NCBI RefSeq assembly: GCF_021869535.1
Contig: NW_026262723.1
Coordinates: 105,772,001-105,836,000, forward strand
DNA from: Mytilus californianus
Lineage: Eukaryota
Length of the DNA stretch: 64,000 nt
Direction of reading: 5' to 3'
Positions 11,674 through 23,815 of this stretch are shown here, one piece after another. The position numbers and the translations under genes are program-made. Under the pieces are notes generated by a model, which did not search any database, was not told where the DNA came from, and worked only from the letters and a program-made list of their open reading frames with translations. Positions within the stretch are counted from its first letter, which is position 1. Each line of letters starts with the position of its first letter.

Positions 11674-13765
11674 TAACATAATTTTTTAACTTATGGTCAA
11701 GGCACAGTAAAATGCGCTATGTCATGAATGTTTGTAAAAGTTTGCATACAACTTTGACACGCATACGTTAAAGGGGAGGGTCGTTGAACCATAACTTAAT
11801 ATCGAAAATAATAATGCATTCATCTCTTTTATTTTCTTAAACATTACAGAATGAAATCTTTCAAAATAGGTGAACAATTGTATAGAAAGCACATAAGAAA
11901 TGGCCGGGAAAATGAACGTATATGGAAAGTACATAAAAAACGGCAGAAAACTTGGCACTCTTAAATATGTCTTAAAATCATCAAATACTAATCCACAAAT
12001 TTATCTTAAAACATTAAATTGATATGATGTTGATTCATAAATTTCCGTTTTAATGATGTGAAATAATACATAAGTAACTTTTGTTTGATAAATTTCCATA
12101 ATCAAACTCAATTTTGGTCAGAGCACGGGTTTTAAGGGATTTAATTTTTATTTATAGAAAGAGAAGGTAACTCCGAAATTGGGTCCGAGGTCCGTGCATG
12201 GTTGCCAAATTTGCTGTCGAGTGTAGCATAAATCAGCATAGAAATATTATATAACAGAAAGGTTAACATTTGTATAAAAATAATATTGACTATCCCTTAT
12301 CGCATGATGAGACTCATGAAAACCACGTGCATTATGTAGAGCGCATAAGGAAGTTATCATGACATAAGCACTGATCAGCTTAGCCTTAGAATTTACCAGA
12401 TAGTATACAATTAACGTTTAAATACATTCAAATCAGATAAATATCTGATAATCCAAATAGTGATTACAGACGAGGCTTGCAGGGAAATACCGCAACCAAC
12501 GACCGGTAAATACCAAATACCCCCCCCCCCCTTTTTTTCACCACCACCACACACACAATTAACAGTAAACACACTTGTATTTCTTGTAGGATAAAGCTAA
12601 ATGTTCTTGTAGGATAAAGCTAAATGGAGGAAACTATTTATACCTTTGCTCCTTTTTATTGATTCAGCTAATAAAAGTAAATGATATTTGTATGTTTTAT
12701 TAAGAGGGTGGTAAAGGGTTATTTTCGTGCAACATGTTTTGCCATTTTTATTTCACGTGCAGCCGCGAAAAAGTTTTGTTATTCTTTAACTCTTCAACCT
12801 TGATCAATGATCCATAGATGGAAACTTCCTACTATAAGGCATCTGCATACAAGGTATGAAGTATCCAGGTCATTTAGCTTCTGAAATTAAAGCTTTATAC
12901 AAATAGTTTATGCCGCTGCTGCCGGATGGTTATCCCTATGTCTCGCATTTTGCGACTTTTGTCGCAGGCAAGACTAAAAAAAAGAATACATGAATGTTGG
13001 GTTGAATAATTATTAGAATTATAAGATAACCATTCAGATGTAAATCATGCTAACCGAAATGATTCTGCATACTTAATACCACAGGCACTTGTCTCTAAGT
13101 TCTATGTTTTGGGGAAATACTTTTTATAATTAATCATTCACTGTAAGATTAACACTTCCATTTGGCTGTGAGAAGACGAAATAATTTACAGTTGTCCTAT
13201 TTCAAAGGCCTGTTACAAATGATTCCGAGAATAGAAATAGGGGTGTTATACACCATTTTGTAGATAATTCAATGTAGATTTACGACATAACAAGTTTCAG
13301 TGGGAGAGACAACCGCAGAATTGAAATATAATTTTAGATCGCGACCTGATGACATTTCTCATATATACGAATTAGGTACCTTGTATTATATTAAAGTATA
13401 TAGGTAATTTTTTTCAGAGACAAGTGCCTGTGCTTAATACTTCTCAATAAATATTCTTACGCCATGAACATTATCATGATTATATTATAATTAGATTGTG
13501 GAGATGCATTAGCCTTTTATATACTACATGTATTTGATTATGCAGCTTCAGTATGCCGATTTTGTTTAAAATTTATGTACTATTTGTTTTTAGTTGAAAC
13601 AAGTTAAGGCGACATACATGTATGTGTACCTAAAGTCAGAATATGATTAGTTATATATACCTGTATAGTTTATTTATACAAGATTCAACCATTAACATCT
13701 ATTAAACTTCTCCAATTATCCACTTCTAAGAAGGTTGTTTTACCTTATACTTATTTGTTGTAGTG

Positions 13766-14427
13766 ATGGTTGATCCTGTTACATGGAATTGTAAACAAGT
13801 TGGTCACTGGTTGAAAGAAAATGGTTTTGAAAAATACAAGAAGTTACTCTGTGACGAGCACAAGATCAATGGCGAAGCATTACTAGTACTCACAGAAAAT
13901 GACTTGAAACAGCCACCATTACAGTTGACGGTGTTAGGAGATATTAAACGGTTAATGCTTATCATTAGAAAAGTACAATCACAGAGTAATGTTAATCTAA
14001 GCCCTCAACCAAATGGCTCTAGAACATTCCAGAAAACATCAACACCTCTCTCAAGGTCATACCAACAGTCATCATCTCCACAAAGTTATGAACGTTTGGA
14101 TAGCAATGAGTCGATGGAAGAAAATGATAATGCTGATTTAAATGAAATTTCACAACAGTTGAGACAGGGACATTTTTCCAAAAATTTGGACCCAGAGCTA
14201 TGGAAGACTGCATTAAGTTTCATATATGTATTTACAGTTTTCTTACTGACTTCCTTTGTCATGGTTATAGTCCATGACAGGGTACCAGATACAGATAAAT
14301 ACCCTCCATTACCAGATATATTCTTAGATAATGTACCATATATCCCATGGGCATTTAAAGCATGTGAAATTATTGCAATAGGACTAGGAACAACATGGAT
14401 TGTTTTATTAATATTTCATAATCACAG
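13766..14427 (+). CDS. SAMD8: SAMD8 copy 1 coding exon 1 (SAM domain, linker, TM1-2)
   Basis: Acceptor tgttgtag ends at 13763; ATG at 13766; donor cacag|gtttgt, phase 2. Confidence 0.95.
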
Positions 14428-17400
14428 GTTTGTAAAAATTATGATAGATTTTGGTCAAGTCAAAACTATATTTCTTCCATAAATATAAGTTTATGTAATC
14501 TATTGGACTTTCCTAAACAAATGGTATTCAAACACAAACAAAATTGCATCAATTAAAGAAAAAGACTCACCAGTAGCGCTCAAATTAAAACAGTCATGAC
14601 AGTTCCTAAACCAAATCAAATATTATGAAGTTGAATTGAGAACGGACTAAGTTATCTTTTTACAGATGGTCTGAGGTGTCCTCGTAGAGGGTACTAGGGT
14701 TTAGATATCTAGAGCTTTTCATACATTTTGTACAGCCTTCAACAATGAGAAATTCCCCTATCCGTGTGACAGTCTTCAAAATTGTCTACAGTGTAGACAC
14801 ATTGTGATAAATTCATCAAAGATAACCAATTATTTAAAATACACACTTAATTTTCAATGGAAAAACAAGAAGAGACCAACGAACTGTGAAAAATTTCTTG
14901 ACCTGGGACAGGTTCATAAGCATGTACTGGGGTTAGACAAGTTGTGTGAATGTGCAACCTCGGCCTTTTATCTCCGTCAATAGAATAAGAAAAAGGTACA
15001 AAAATAATGGCCATTAAAAATAACCTCAGTAAAACAGCTACATGTACAAGTGAATTATAACTCAATAATAATGTATCAAAGAATTTACCTGAAGATAACT
15101 CAAAGTAAGTTCAAAAACTTACCTTTTCCCACTCAAAATTAATAAATACTATCAATGAATCAGTACATTTGTTTGTTTTTTTAAAGTTTATGTAATAAGA
15201 AGATTGTTGTTTTACAGATTTATATTGATGAGAAGAATGTTTTCCATGATAGGAACCATTTTTTTACTACGTTGTATTTGTATGTTAATTACATCATTGT
15301 CTGTACCTGGTGCTCATCTGAAATGTGAAGGCAAGGTATGTTATGGCAATAGAGATATAAACAGGTCAACCTAGAAATAAATATGATAACGTGAAGGCAA
15401 TATATGTTATGGCAATAGAGATATAAACAGGTCAACCTAGGAATAAATATGAAAATGTGAAGGCAGTATACATGTATGTTATGGCAATAGAGATATAAAC
15501 AGGTCAACCTAGTAATAAATGTGAAAATGTGAAGACAATATATGTTATGACAATGGAGATATAAACAAGTCAACCTATGAATAAATGTGGCAATAGAGAT
15601 ATAAACAGGTCAACCTATGAATAAATGTGAAAACGTGAAGGCAATATATGTTATGGCAATAGAGATATAAACAGGTCAACCTATGAATAAATGTGAAAAT
15701 GTGAAGGCAATGAATATATATATCATCCTATGAATAACAAAACATTACATAGAAAAATAGACTGAGCTACTAGAACCTCATCGAATACATGTACCTTGGA
15801 TGAACTCAGGTGCTCCGGAAGGGTAAGCACTTCCTGACCTACATGTTTTATATTCATTCTTGTTTTTGATTCTTCTTCTGGTATAAAGTTACAGCTTCAT
15901 AACACTGAAGATTACCTACTGTTTGTATGCATGGGGAATGTTGATTAAAAAAAATATCCGAGAAAAATGCAAAACAATCATCATTATAATTTTAATGATG
16001 ATGGATGGCTGCTTAACGTCCAGCAGCAAATTAATATGCATATTCAGGACGAGTTCACAAGGTAACAGTCTGCAGGAAGACATGTCGCCTTACCCAGACA
16101 CATTATTCTGACTCCGAGCCAACCAGTCTTTGCTCTTACTCCTTAATGCCACGTACAAATCTGAGATGCAGCAAATACCAATTTTAAAGTCTTTAGTTTG
16201 ACTTGGCCTAGGTTCGATACCACGACCCCTTCACTCGAGGTGAACACACTACCACGAGACCACTGAGCCAGGGGCGACCTTCAAATTTTGAGACTTTACT
16301 TGTGGTGTGGCTACATACATGATCAAGAAATTTAGTGATTTGTGTTAGCTGAATGAAGATATCATACTGGTTATGAGTGAAATGATTTCTATTCATTTTA
16401 GCTGTATGGAGATAATATACTGGTTATGAGTGTAATGATTTCTGTTCTATTTCATTTTAGCTGTATAAAGATATCATACTGGTTATTAGTGAAATGATTT
16501 CTATTCTATTTCATTTTAGCTGTATGGAGATAATATACTGGTTATGAGTGTAATGATTTCTGTTCTTTTTCATTTTAGCTGTATGGAGATTGAGTGTAAT
16601 AATTTATATTCTGTTTCATTTTAGCTGTATGGAGATATATGGACCAAACTTCGTAGAACCTTTGAGATCTGGACAGGACTAGGTATGACACTGTCTGGTG
16701 TTAGGACTTGTGGAGATTACATGTTCAGTGGACATACAGTTTTTGTAACTATGCTTAATTTTCTCATAACTGAATGTAAGTTATCATTATATTTTTGGTT
16801 AATTGGTGTATTTACAGATTGAGTTTGTGTTTTGTTATGGATGAACTCTCTTTTCACAGAATTATTGAGTATTTTAGTCATTTTGCAGACAGAGGCATAC
16901 AAGTCCTCTTGACTCTTCTAGTTTATATTAATTTTGCCACAAGGCTGTCTTATTTATGTATCCTTTGGCTTTTACTGTACAAATTTAAAATGCTACTGAA
17001 TTTTCTGTGTCGGTTATAAATCATTTGAAATATTGAGAATACTTATTTTAGACATTTACAAAAAGTTGTTGTTTGCAGTTTATCTATACATTCATATATC
17101 AAGGAATGACAATAGATCCTTTATTATAAGAGTTTTGTGTTTTTCAGACACTCCAAGAAAGATGTACTATCTCCATACTTCAGCATGGGTAGCCAATATG
17201 TTTGCATTATTCTTCATTCTAGCAGCCCATGAGCATTACTCCATAGATGTGTTCGTTGCTTTCTACATCACGTCCCGTATGTTTCTATATTACCACACTC
17301 TTGCCAATAATCGTTCACTTATGTTACGTGATAAGAAGAGAACACGAATCTGGTTTCCTTTATTCTCATTCTTCGAGTCTAAATGTGATGGTATTGTACC

Positions 17401-17506
17401 TAATGAATTTGAATGGCCGCTGCCTAGCTGGACACGAGTTAAACACTTTTTTATTGGATTGAAATCTGACATTGCAGCTAGTTCTAAGAACAAAAAGAAG
17501 CTGTGA
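13766..17506 (+). CDS. SAMD8: SAM-domain sphingomyelin synthase-related protein (ceramide phosphoethanolamine synthase SMSr), copy 1; exons 13766-14427, 15217-15335, 16625-16775, 17148-17506
   Basis: N-terminal SAM domain ([15 protein letters not shown]...[10 protein letters not shown]), PPLPD motif, RR..R..TS motif, [40 protein letters not shown]. All introns are GT-AG. The protein is 429 aa if one extra T at 15239-15243 is removed. Confidence 0.95.
15217..15335 (+). CDS. SAMD8: SAMD8 copy 1 coding exon 2 (119 nt as written; 118 expected)
   Basis: [40 protein letters not shown] reads through only with a T deleted from the T5 run; flanked by ttacag and gtatgt. Confidence 0.9.
15322..15712 (+). 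repeat. Minisatellite of about 66 bp, 6-7 copies, starting at the exon 2 donor of SAMD8 copy 1
   Basis: Unit gtgaaggcaa-tatgttatggcaatagagatataaacaggtcaacct-aataaat-tgaaaat. Confidence 0.9.
15990..16272 (-). mobile_element. tRNA-derived SINE (bivalve type), internally deleted
   Basis: The minus strand begins ggctcagtggtctcgtggtagtgtgttcacctcgagtgaaggggtcgtggtatcgaacc (A- and B-box-like), followed by the body ...gcattaaggagtaagagcaaagactggttggctcgg... Confidence 0.7.
16340..16636 (+). repeat. 59-bp minisatellite repeating the exon 3 acceptor of SAMD8 copy 1
   Basis: ttcattttag|ctgtat occurs with the AG ending at 16401, 16460, 16519, 16578 and 16624 (the true site). Confidence 0.9.
16625..16775 (+). 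CDS. SAMD8: SAMD8 copy 1 coding exon 3
   Basis: 151 nt, [50 protein letters not shown](Y). Confidence 0.95.
17148..17506 (+). CDS. SAMD8: SAMD8 copy 1 last coding exon
   Basis: [53 protein letters not shown]...KNKKKL*. Confidence 0.95.
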
Positions 17507-18369
17507 AAAAGAAGGAATTAAGTTTAATGTAAGTGAAATGTTTGTCAATTTCATTTATATATTTAGCTTGTTCTATGTACAGTTATATTGACCAAAAATA
17601 TTTGTAATTTTGACATGAACATATTATGTTTCTCCACTAATCTATAGAGCTAGTGTATTGTATATTCTTATCTGATTTCATTTATTTGGTAGTTAATTTT
17701 GAATGATAAAAAAAAAAGCTGAACTTGAATTTTTCTGGGTACTTCTCAGTAGTCAGAATTTAACTAAACAGTACTGTACTTTCTGTAACAATTTGGTCAT
17801 TTTTGTTTCTCAGTAAATTTTGATATATATGGGTGATATTTCATGACTCTAACTACAAACTTCATGCCAATGTGAGTAGTTTAGACTTTATGTTTAGATC
17901 AATTGCTGGATTATCCTTTGCCTATGCCTGTTGATCAAAGGGTATATTATTTACATAGTTCTTTCAATATGACATCTGTTTTATAGTCAGTTTTAAGACT
18001 TACAATGTAAGTCACCCCATGGGTCTGAAGACTGAACTCTTTCTAAAGCGTATCTTTAATTAGAGAAAATTATAATGGAATACTGTTGGTTCATTTATTT
18101 TCGTTAGTATCAATTTTCGTGGATTGAGGAACAGTTGTGTTTTCGTGGTTTTGCAGAAGTTTTCTTACAAAACCTAAAGAATATTTATACTTCGTGGTAT
18201 CCCACATCTTGAAAATGAGTCCACAGTAGTCTTAGTGTAGACTGTTTAGAACGAAATAGCTTAATAGATGACTGTTTCTAGTGATGAATAAGATAAATGT
18301 CTGTAGAATTATACATTATTCATGAATGAGTAAATAATTGACAAACGCTTTGTAAATTTACTCATCTAA

Positions 18370-18617
18370 GGGAGCAACCATTTAACTTCAAGGAGGGGTT
18401 ATGGTTTTTTGTCTGCGTCAGAAGAGCGATCAATTTTATTTAGTTTTTCAACGCTATCAATCAAATTATTTTTTTCAATATTTAACACTATAAGGTATGG
18501 GGAAAATCTGGATTCAGAATATTTTTTTTGTCATCTGCTTGACCAGAATATTTTTTTTCATCAAATTGGGGATCAGAATATTTTTTTAGAAAAAAAACAA
18601 GTTAAATGGTTGTTCCC
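18370..18617. mobile_element. PIF/Harbinger (Tourist-like) MITE
   Basis: taa|gggagcaaccatttaactt...aagttaaatggttgttccc|taa; TAA target duplication. A decayed relative lies near 28040-28290. Confidence 0.7.
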
Positions 18618-21600
18618 TAAACACTGACACTTGCGAGATCTGTGATGATTTTTTTTATGTGATATTAATTATGTCTTAAGAGGTAATATCTTGCCTATTT
18701 CCCTAGAGTATAAAAATACTGAAAAAATATAATTTAGCTGAAAGAGATTTACAATTAAATTTACCAAGATATGTAGAAAAATTTCAGATGCATATATATA
18801 TATATATTGGAAATGATGTTTGTAGTACTAGTACAATGAATATGACTGAGTACATTGTATAACAGATTAGCCCTTGTCCATTTGTTCCTTTATTGTGTCC
18901 CTTCTGATAATGTTTCCATTGCCTTTTCTCATAAAACCATGATTATAAACCGTTGACATTTTACTGTTATAATCCTTTTGTATAGTAAGCCATGACTCAC
19001 ATTTTATGCCTGATTGAGTTATATTTGGTAAATTAAAAACCAATGATGTTATATTACTGATATTTCAGTGTTACCTTTCCATTACAAAATACAACTGGTG
19101 AGTTTCATTTGATTTATTTTTAATGAAGTTGTGGCCTATTGAAATAGAAAATAGATTGAAGATCTCAGTTTTTCATACTTTTTCTGTAATGCCTGAATCA
19201 ACTAATTAGATTTCCTACCATAGGAATACCTGAATCACTTGATTAGATTTTTTTATAAAGATCAAGCATAAGTTTCATTCTAGTTGAACGATTTTTGCTG
19301 AAGTTGTGACTCTAGGTCATAAAAATTTATTTTAACAATATATGTCTCAGGGATTTGGTATTGCCAAGAGTTACTTGCAATATCTGCATCTTCAAATAAA
19401 TATTCTAGTGAACAATAATCAAGTTGATGTGATCACAAACTAAAGGATATATGTACATTAAACCTAAACTTCGACCTGAGATGTGGTCCATGAAGTAAGA
19501 ACACACAATACATTACAATTAAGGTTAATTATGCCCCATATAAGGAAGTTGAGGAGGGTATAAAGTTTTTGTTCAGATTGTCATCAATTTCTTGTCCCCT
19601 TGCTAGCACCTTCATTTATTTTTAGGATCCTTCCAAATTTGAATGGTTTCAACTGTTTGTAACCTTGGATGAGTTCGAAAGTCAGAAATATCTATAATTC
19701 AGGACCATTTTTACAGGAGGAAGGCATGTAAAAGTATCCCATATAAATTCTTGATTCCAGGATAGTTCATTCATTTTATACCAGATCCTCTTCAAATTGG
19801 AATGAAGGTTTTTACTCATCAAAACCTAAGGTGAGCTCCATTACAAAATAAATCTAAATTGAGGGACCATTACTTCCCAAGGGTAATTTGTAAAAATATT
19901 CAATGATATGTTTTCTTGCTGTAATAACACCTGTATTTTTAGATCAATTGGTCCACAGGCCAGTGTTCACTATCGCTATCACTTGGTATCTTTGGCGTCA
20001 TCTGTTAACTTTTACAAAATTCTTCTACACTGAAACAACAGGCCAAATAAAACCAAACTTGACCACATTCATCCTCAGGGTATACAGTTTTAAAATGTGT
20101 CCTGTGATCCAGCCTGTCAACCAACATGGCTGCCAAGGCTAAAAATAGAAAATAGGGTAGAATGCAAGTATTGTCTTTTATCTTGTAAACAAGTTTTGGT
20201 GTTTTTCCATACATTTATTTTTGGTATTTGAGTGTTCTCACCAAAGGTTCTTTCAATATTTTATACCGGTTATGATTTATGATATTGTAATTGGTGTTGT
20301 TCTTGACTTTATATTATGATAATTATTTTTTCCCCTACATTGACTGTTGTTAAGGGTGTGACAAAGTGAACAAAACACTTGGCTATATTCGTATGCAATG
20401 TATATAAATATAATTTTCACCTATGCATTTCTAGATGCTTAACTTTTTATATCTATATTACTATATTTTTTTACTCTATTGTTTTGCTACATGTAATTGA
20501 TGACAATTATGATGTGCTAATATGTTATTTTTGTTCATTATTATTTATTAATTTCTAAGTATGTGATTATGCAAAGCAATATTTGAAAAGCAAACAAGAT
20601 AGATTGTTTAATAGACTGTCTATATCTGTTAGGATTTTACAAAAATAAGGAATAATAATGTTCTTACTATTTTCTGTTGCCATAGAAAACTTGTATGATT
20701 TATGTAAAAATGTGACTAATTAATGGTTTTTTGTCATAAGTTGATTGTTACATGACATCAGGTTATAAACTTCCAGTGAATCTGTGTGTAGTGTGTATAT
20801 TTAATGTTTATAGTAGGAGTCTGACACACAACTTATCGTCCTGAATATGCATGAAATATTTGCCACTGGACGTAAAGCAACCAACAATCAATCACAACAT
20901 GCAATCCTGGGGAACAAGGGAGATAATTATGCAAATGACCGGGAAGAGAATATGAATGTATACTCTGAAATGTACACTGCAGATGTTAATGTAAATAATA
21001 TCTTCTATTTTATTATTAGTGGTTATATAGTTTTACTCTAGGAATTAAATTACTAGGTTTTGTTTTTGAACTCTTTTCCTTTAAAACAGTTTTACAATAA
21101 TGTGCCATAGAATTTTGTTAAAAGGCAGGTGTAGAAATTTGAGTGTTTTTTCAAAGTACTTAATATATTATTTTATCATGATATGTTTGTATTAAAGACA
21201 GCCAATCAAAGTTAATAAAGATATTGCTTGATACTGACTTACTGGTTTATATGTCCTTTCCAACCAAAATTATCACTACAGTGAAACAATGGTACTATTA
21301 CCTTTGAGCAATAGTTGCAGCTGCGTTTGTAATATGTTTGCCTCACTTTAAATAGCTAAAATGATCTGCAAGACAAGATTTACCAATAAGTCACTTTGGT
21401 TAAAAGTGGGTATAGGTGTGTAATAAAAAGAAACAGTTTCAAAGTTTTACGATCATGGCCATTGACAAAATAGAGGGGACACCCAGGACATCACACCATT
21501 ATATTACTAGTATATGTCATGTCTCGATGATCCAGTATTCATCAAGTTTTCTGGTTAGTCAGATTCCTTAGACTTTATATATATATAACAAAATATTGCA

Positions 21601-22799
21601 TATTCAATACAGTTTTAATATATAGTATACATTAACTAAGTGACTCATTTAAAATAATACTTCTTTGCTCATTCAATTTGTTTTGCAAAGTACAAACATT
21701 ATATAAAAATTTTTTTATCTTCATTACTCAAGAGCCAAATAAATAAAGATTTTTCAACTATTTGCTTCTTGTATTAAAAAATCATTAGATTAAATTTTAA
21801 CATTGAGATTATAATATTAAGGAATAATGGGTGTCAACCCATTTCTCCCATCATATATTTAGTCCACAATTTCCGGCCCAGAACAATATTAGTCTGAATT
21901 TTACGGCTCAGTCTTGTGTTTCATGTATTTAGTCTGAAATTTTTGACCTGGTCATATATTAAGTATAAAATTTCCGACCAAGTGACATTCATATATTTGT
22001 CAAGTTGATAAAGGGACCCATTCCAGCGACACATCTGTATATACCTTAATAAAGGAAGTGACACACCCCCTCCCAGGTGTGGTGACCAGTACAGTAAACA
22101 TACATGTATAATCGAGGTCACCTCTATATAAAACGAATCCCTGCATATATGACAAGTTACAAAATGACAATTTACGAATTAAGAACAGTTACAAGTTACA
22201 AATTGATAATTTACGAATTAAGAATTTTGACCCAGTTGGCTTTCCATATTCAGCAATGGAGCAGGACACCGTTCCTAATCTTGCCTGATTTGTCTTTGGG
22301 CAGAAAAAGCAGGAAAATGATAAGCAAAGATTGATTGCAGATACTTTTTGTTTAAACAATCTATACCTTTGCTATGACAATATCGCGTTATCTTGTTGCT
22401 ATAATTGATATTAGATTATGTGTTGCATTGGAATAGCTCAGTGAATTTGATCCCTTGGGAAAATTCTTATTTTATTCAATATAAAAGGAATTTTCTTGGT
22501 ATAAATGTCTACACAGTAGAATTTTATGGGGCAATGTAAGTCAACTGCAGGATCATAGTTTTCTATTTTCAAAATATTAATTTCAATATAATCTTGCAGG
22601 TGGCTGTCACTTTGTCTTTAACCCCATATTTCAGTGTCCATTCATTTATTTCACTTTTATGGGACATTCTTTTTTAATGACTTTATTGGTCATGCAAAGA
22701 AATGATGTAAGGCATAAGTTTTTGAGATTTCATTTATGTTCATTTTGGAGATAAAGTTTACTTTCTAAGGATAAGTATTGAAACTAACTCTGTTTCAGA

Positions 22800-23068
22800 T
22801 TTTTATGCCCCACCTACGATAGTAGTAGGGTCATTATGTTTTCTGATCTGTGCGTCCGTTCGTTCGTCCGTCTGTCCCGCTTCAGGTTAACGTTTTTGGT
22901 CAATGCAGTTTTTGATGAAGTTGAAGTCCAATCAACTTGAAACATAGTATGATATGATCTTTCTAATTTTAATGCCAAATTAGAGTTTTGATCCCAATTT
23001 CACGGTCCACTGAACATAGAAAATGATAGTGCGAGTAGGGCATCCGTGTACTATGGACAAATTCTTGT
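22800..23068 (+). mobile_element. Non-autonomous Helentron/pearl-like element
   Basis: ttttatgcccc start, subterminal inverted repeat, (ccgt/tcgt)n microsatellite, and a gggcatccgtgtactatggaca..ttcttgtt end hairpin. Confidence 0.6.
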
Positions 23069-23249
23069 TTCCTCTACTTTTATGAATTAACATTGGTAGC
23101 TATAATTTGATAAAAATTCAAAGAAACACCACTAAGTCTTCATAGACAATTCATAATTCCATCAATACTGACATACAGATACTTGGACGACATATATGAC
23201 CCCCATATATTTTGTAAACAATCCATATTTTTCTGAATACAGATATTTG

Positions 23250-23815
23250 GAGCAGCTCCGCTACATGATCATGCTTTACAAAGTCAGGAACATCTTTAGT
23301 GTCTTTCTTTTGTCGTATCTTAATGCTTTTGTCATCTGTGGAATCTAGTTTTGATGGTAGATCTTTCAGTGATAGTCGTTGTTAAATTTATTCATACCAT
23401 TCAAAGACTCGGGCGATATAGATCTTGACATATTTTATAGACAAAATACAGATCTAGCAGCACGACCATCACCATAAAACCAGGATGAGTTAAGTGCTTC
23501 GGAAAGATAAAGTTTTTGCTCAACTGGTGGCTCATGACAAGAAAAATCTGGTGACAAGTCTCATTTGGTGATGTCATAATTGACAAACAAATGGTGGATT
23601 GTGACTAAAACAAATGGACCATATCCATAATCCACAACAGTTAAGCAAACCATGATGGCACCATGCATGTTAAACCTACCAACAGAATATACCCCATATT
23701 CAAGTGTTGCTGAGATGTTGCTGAATAGAAATGGAAAGTTCGAATTCATACAGAAAAATAGGAAATATCTCTTGCCGTAATGTTTAATTCTCAGCCGATT
23801 CTCCGGCATTGTTTC
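23250..23815 (-). mobile_element. Penelope-like retroelement, decayed 3' fragment
   Basis: NRLRIKHYGKR...NFPFLFSNISATLEYGVY resembles the RLxTKLYDKRDDFxFxIVNFPFLxSNIPxxPAYGVY motif also seen at 61.5-61.9 kb. Confidence 0.6.

Noticed and set aside
13763-13765. GTG start suggested by the ORF track for SAMD8
   Set aside because: The G is the last base of a splice acceptor (tgttgtag); the ATG at 13766 is the start.
5705-13765. A shared bidirectional promoter for VDAC and SAMD8
   Set aside because: The candidate SAMD8 5'UTR donors (near 12507 and 12853) lie about 7 kb from the VDAC start, with LINE and MITE insertions in between. I cannot place the SAMD8 TSS from sequence alone.
15289-15573. 94-aa Cys/His-rich repetitive ORF on the minus strand ([14 protein letters not shown] repeats)
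   Set aside because: It is only the antisense translation of the 66-bp intronic minisatellite.
21900-22460. Possible coding relic (ORFs 21921-22121 and 22104-22334)
   Set aside because: There is no motif I can assign with confidence; a profile search would be needed.
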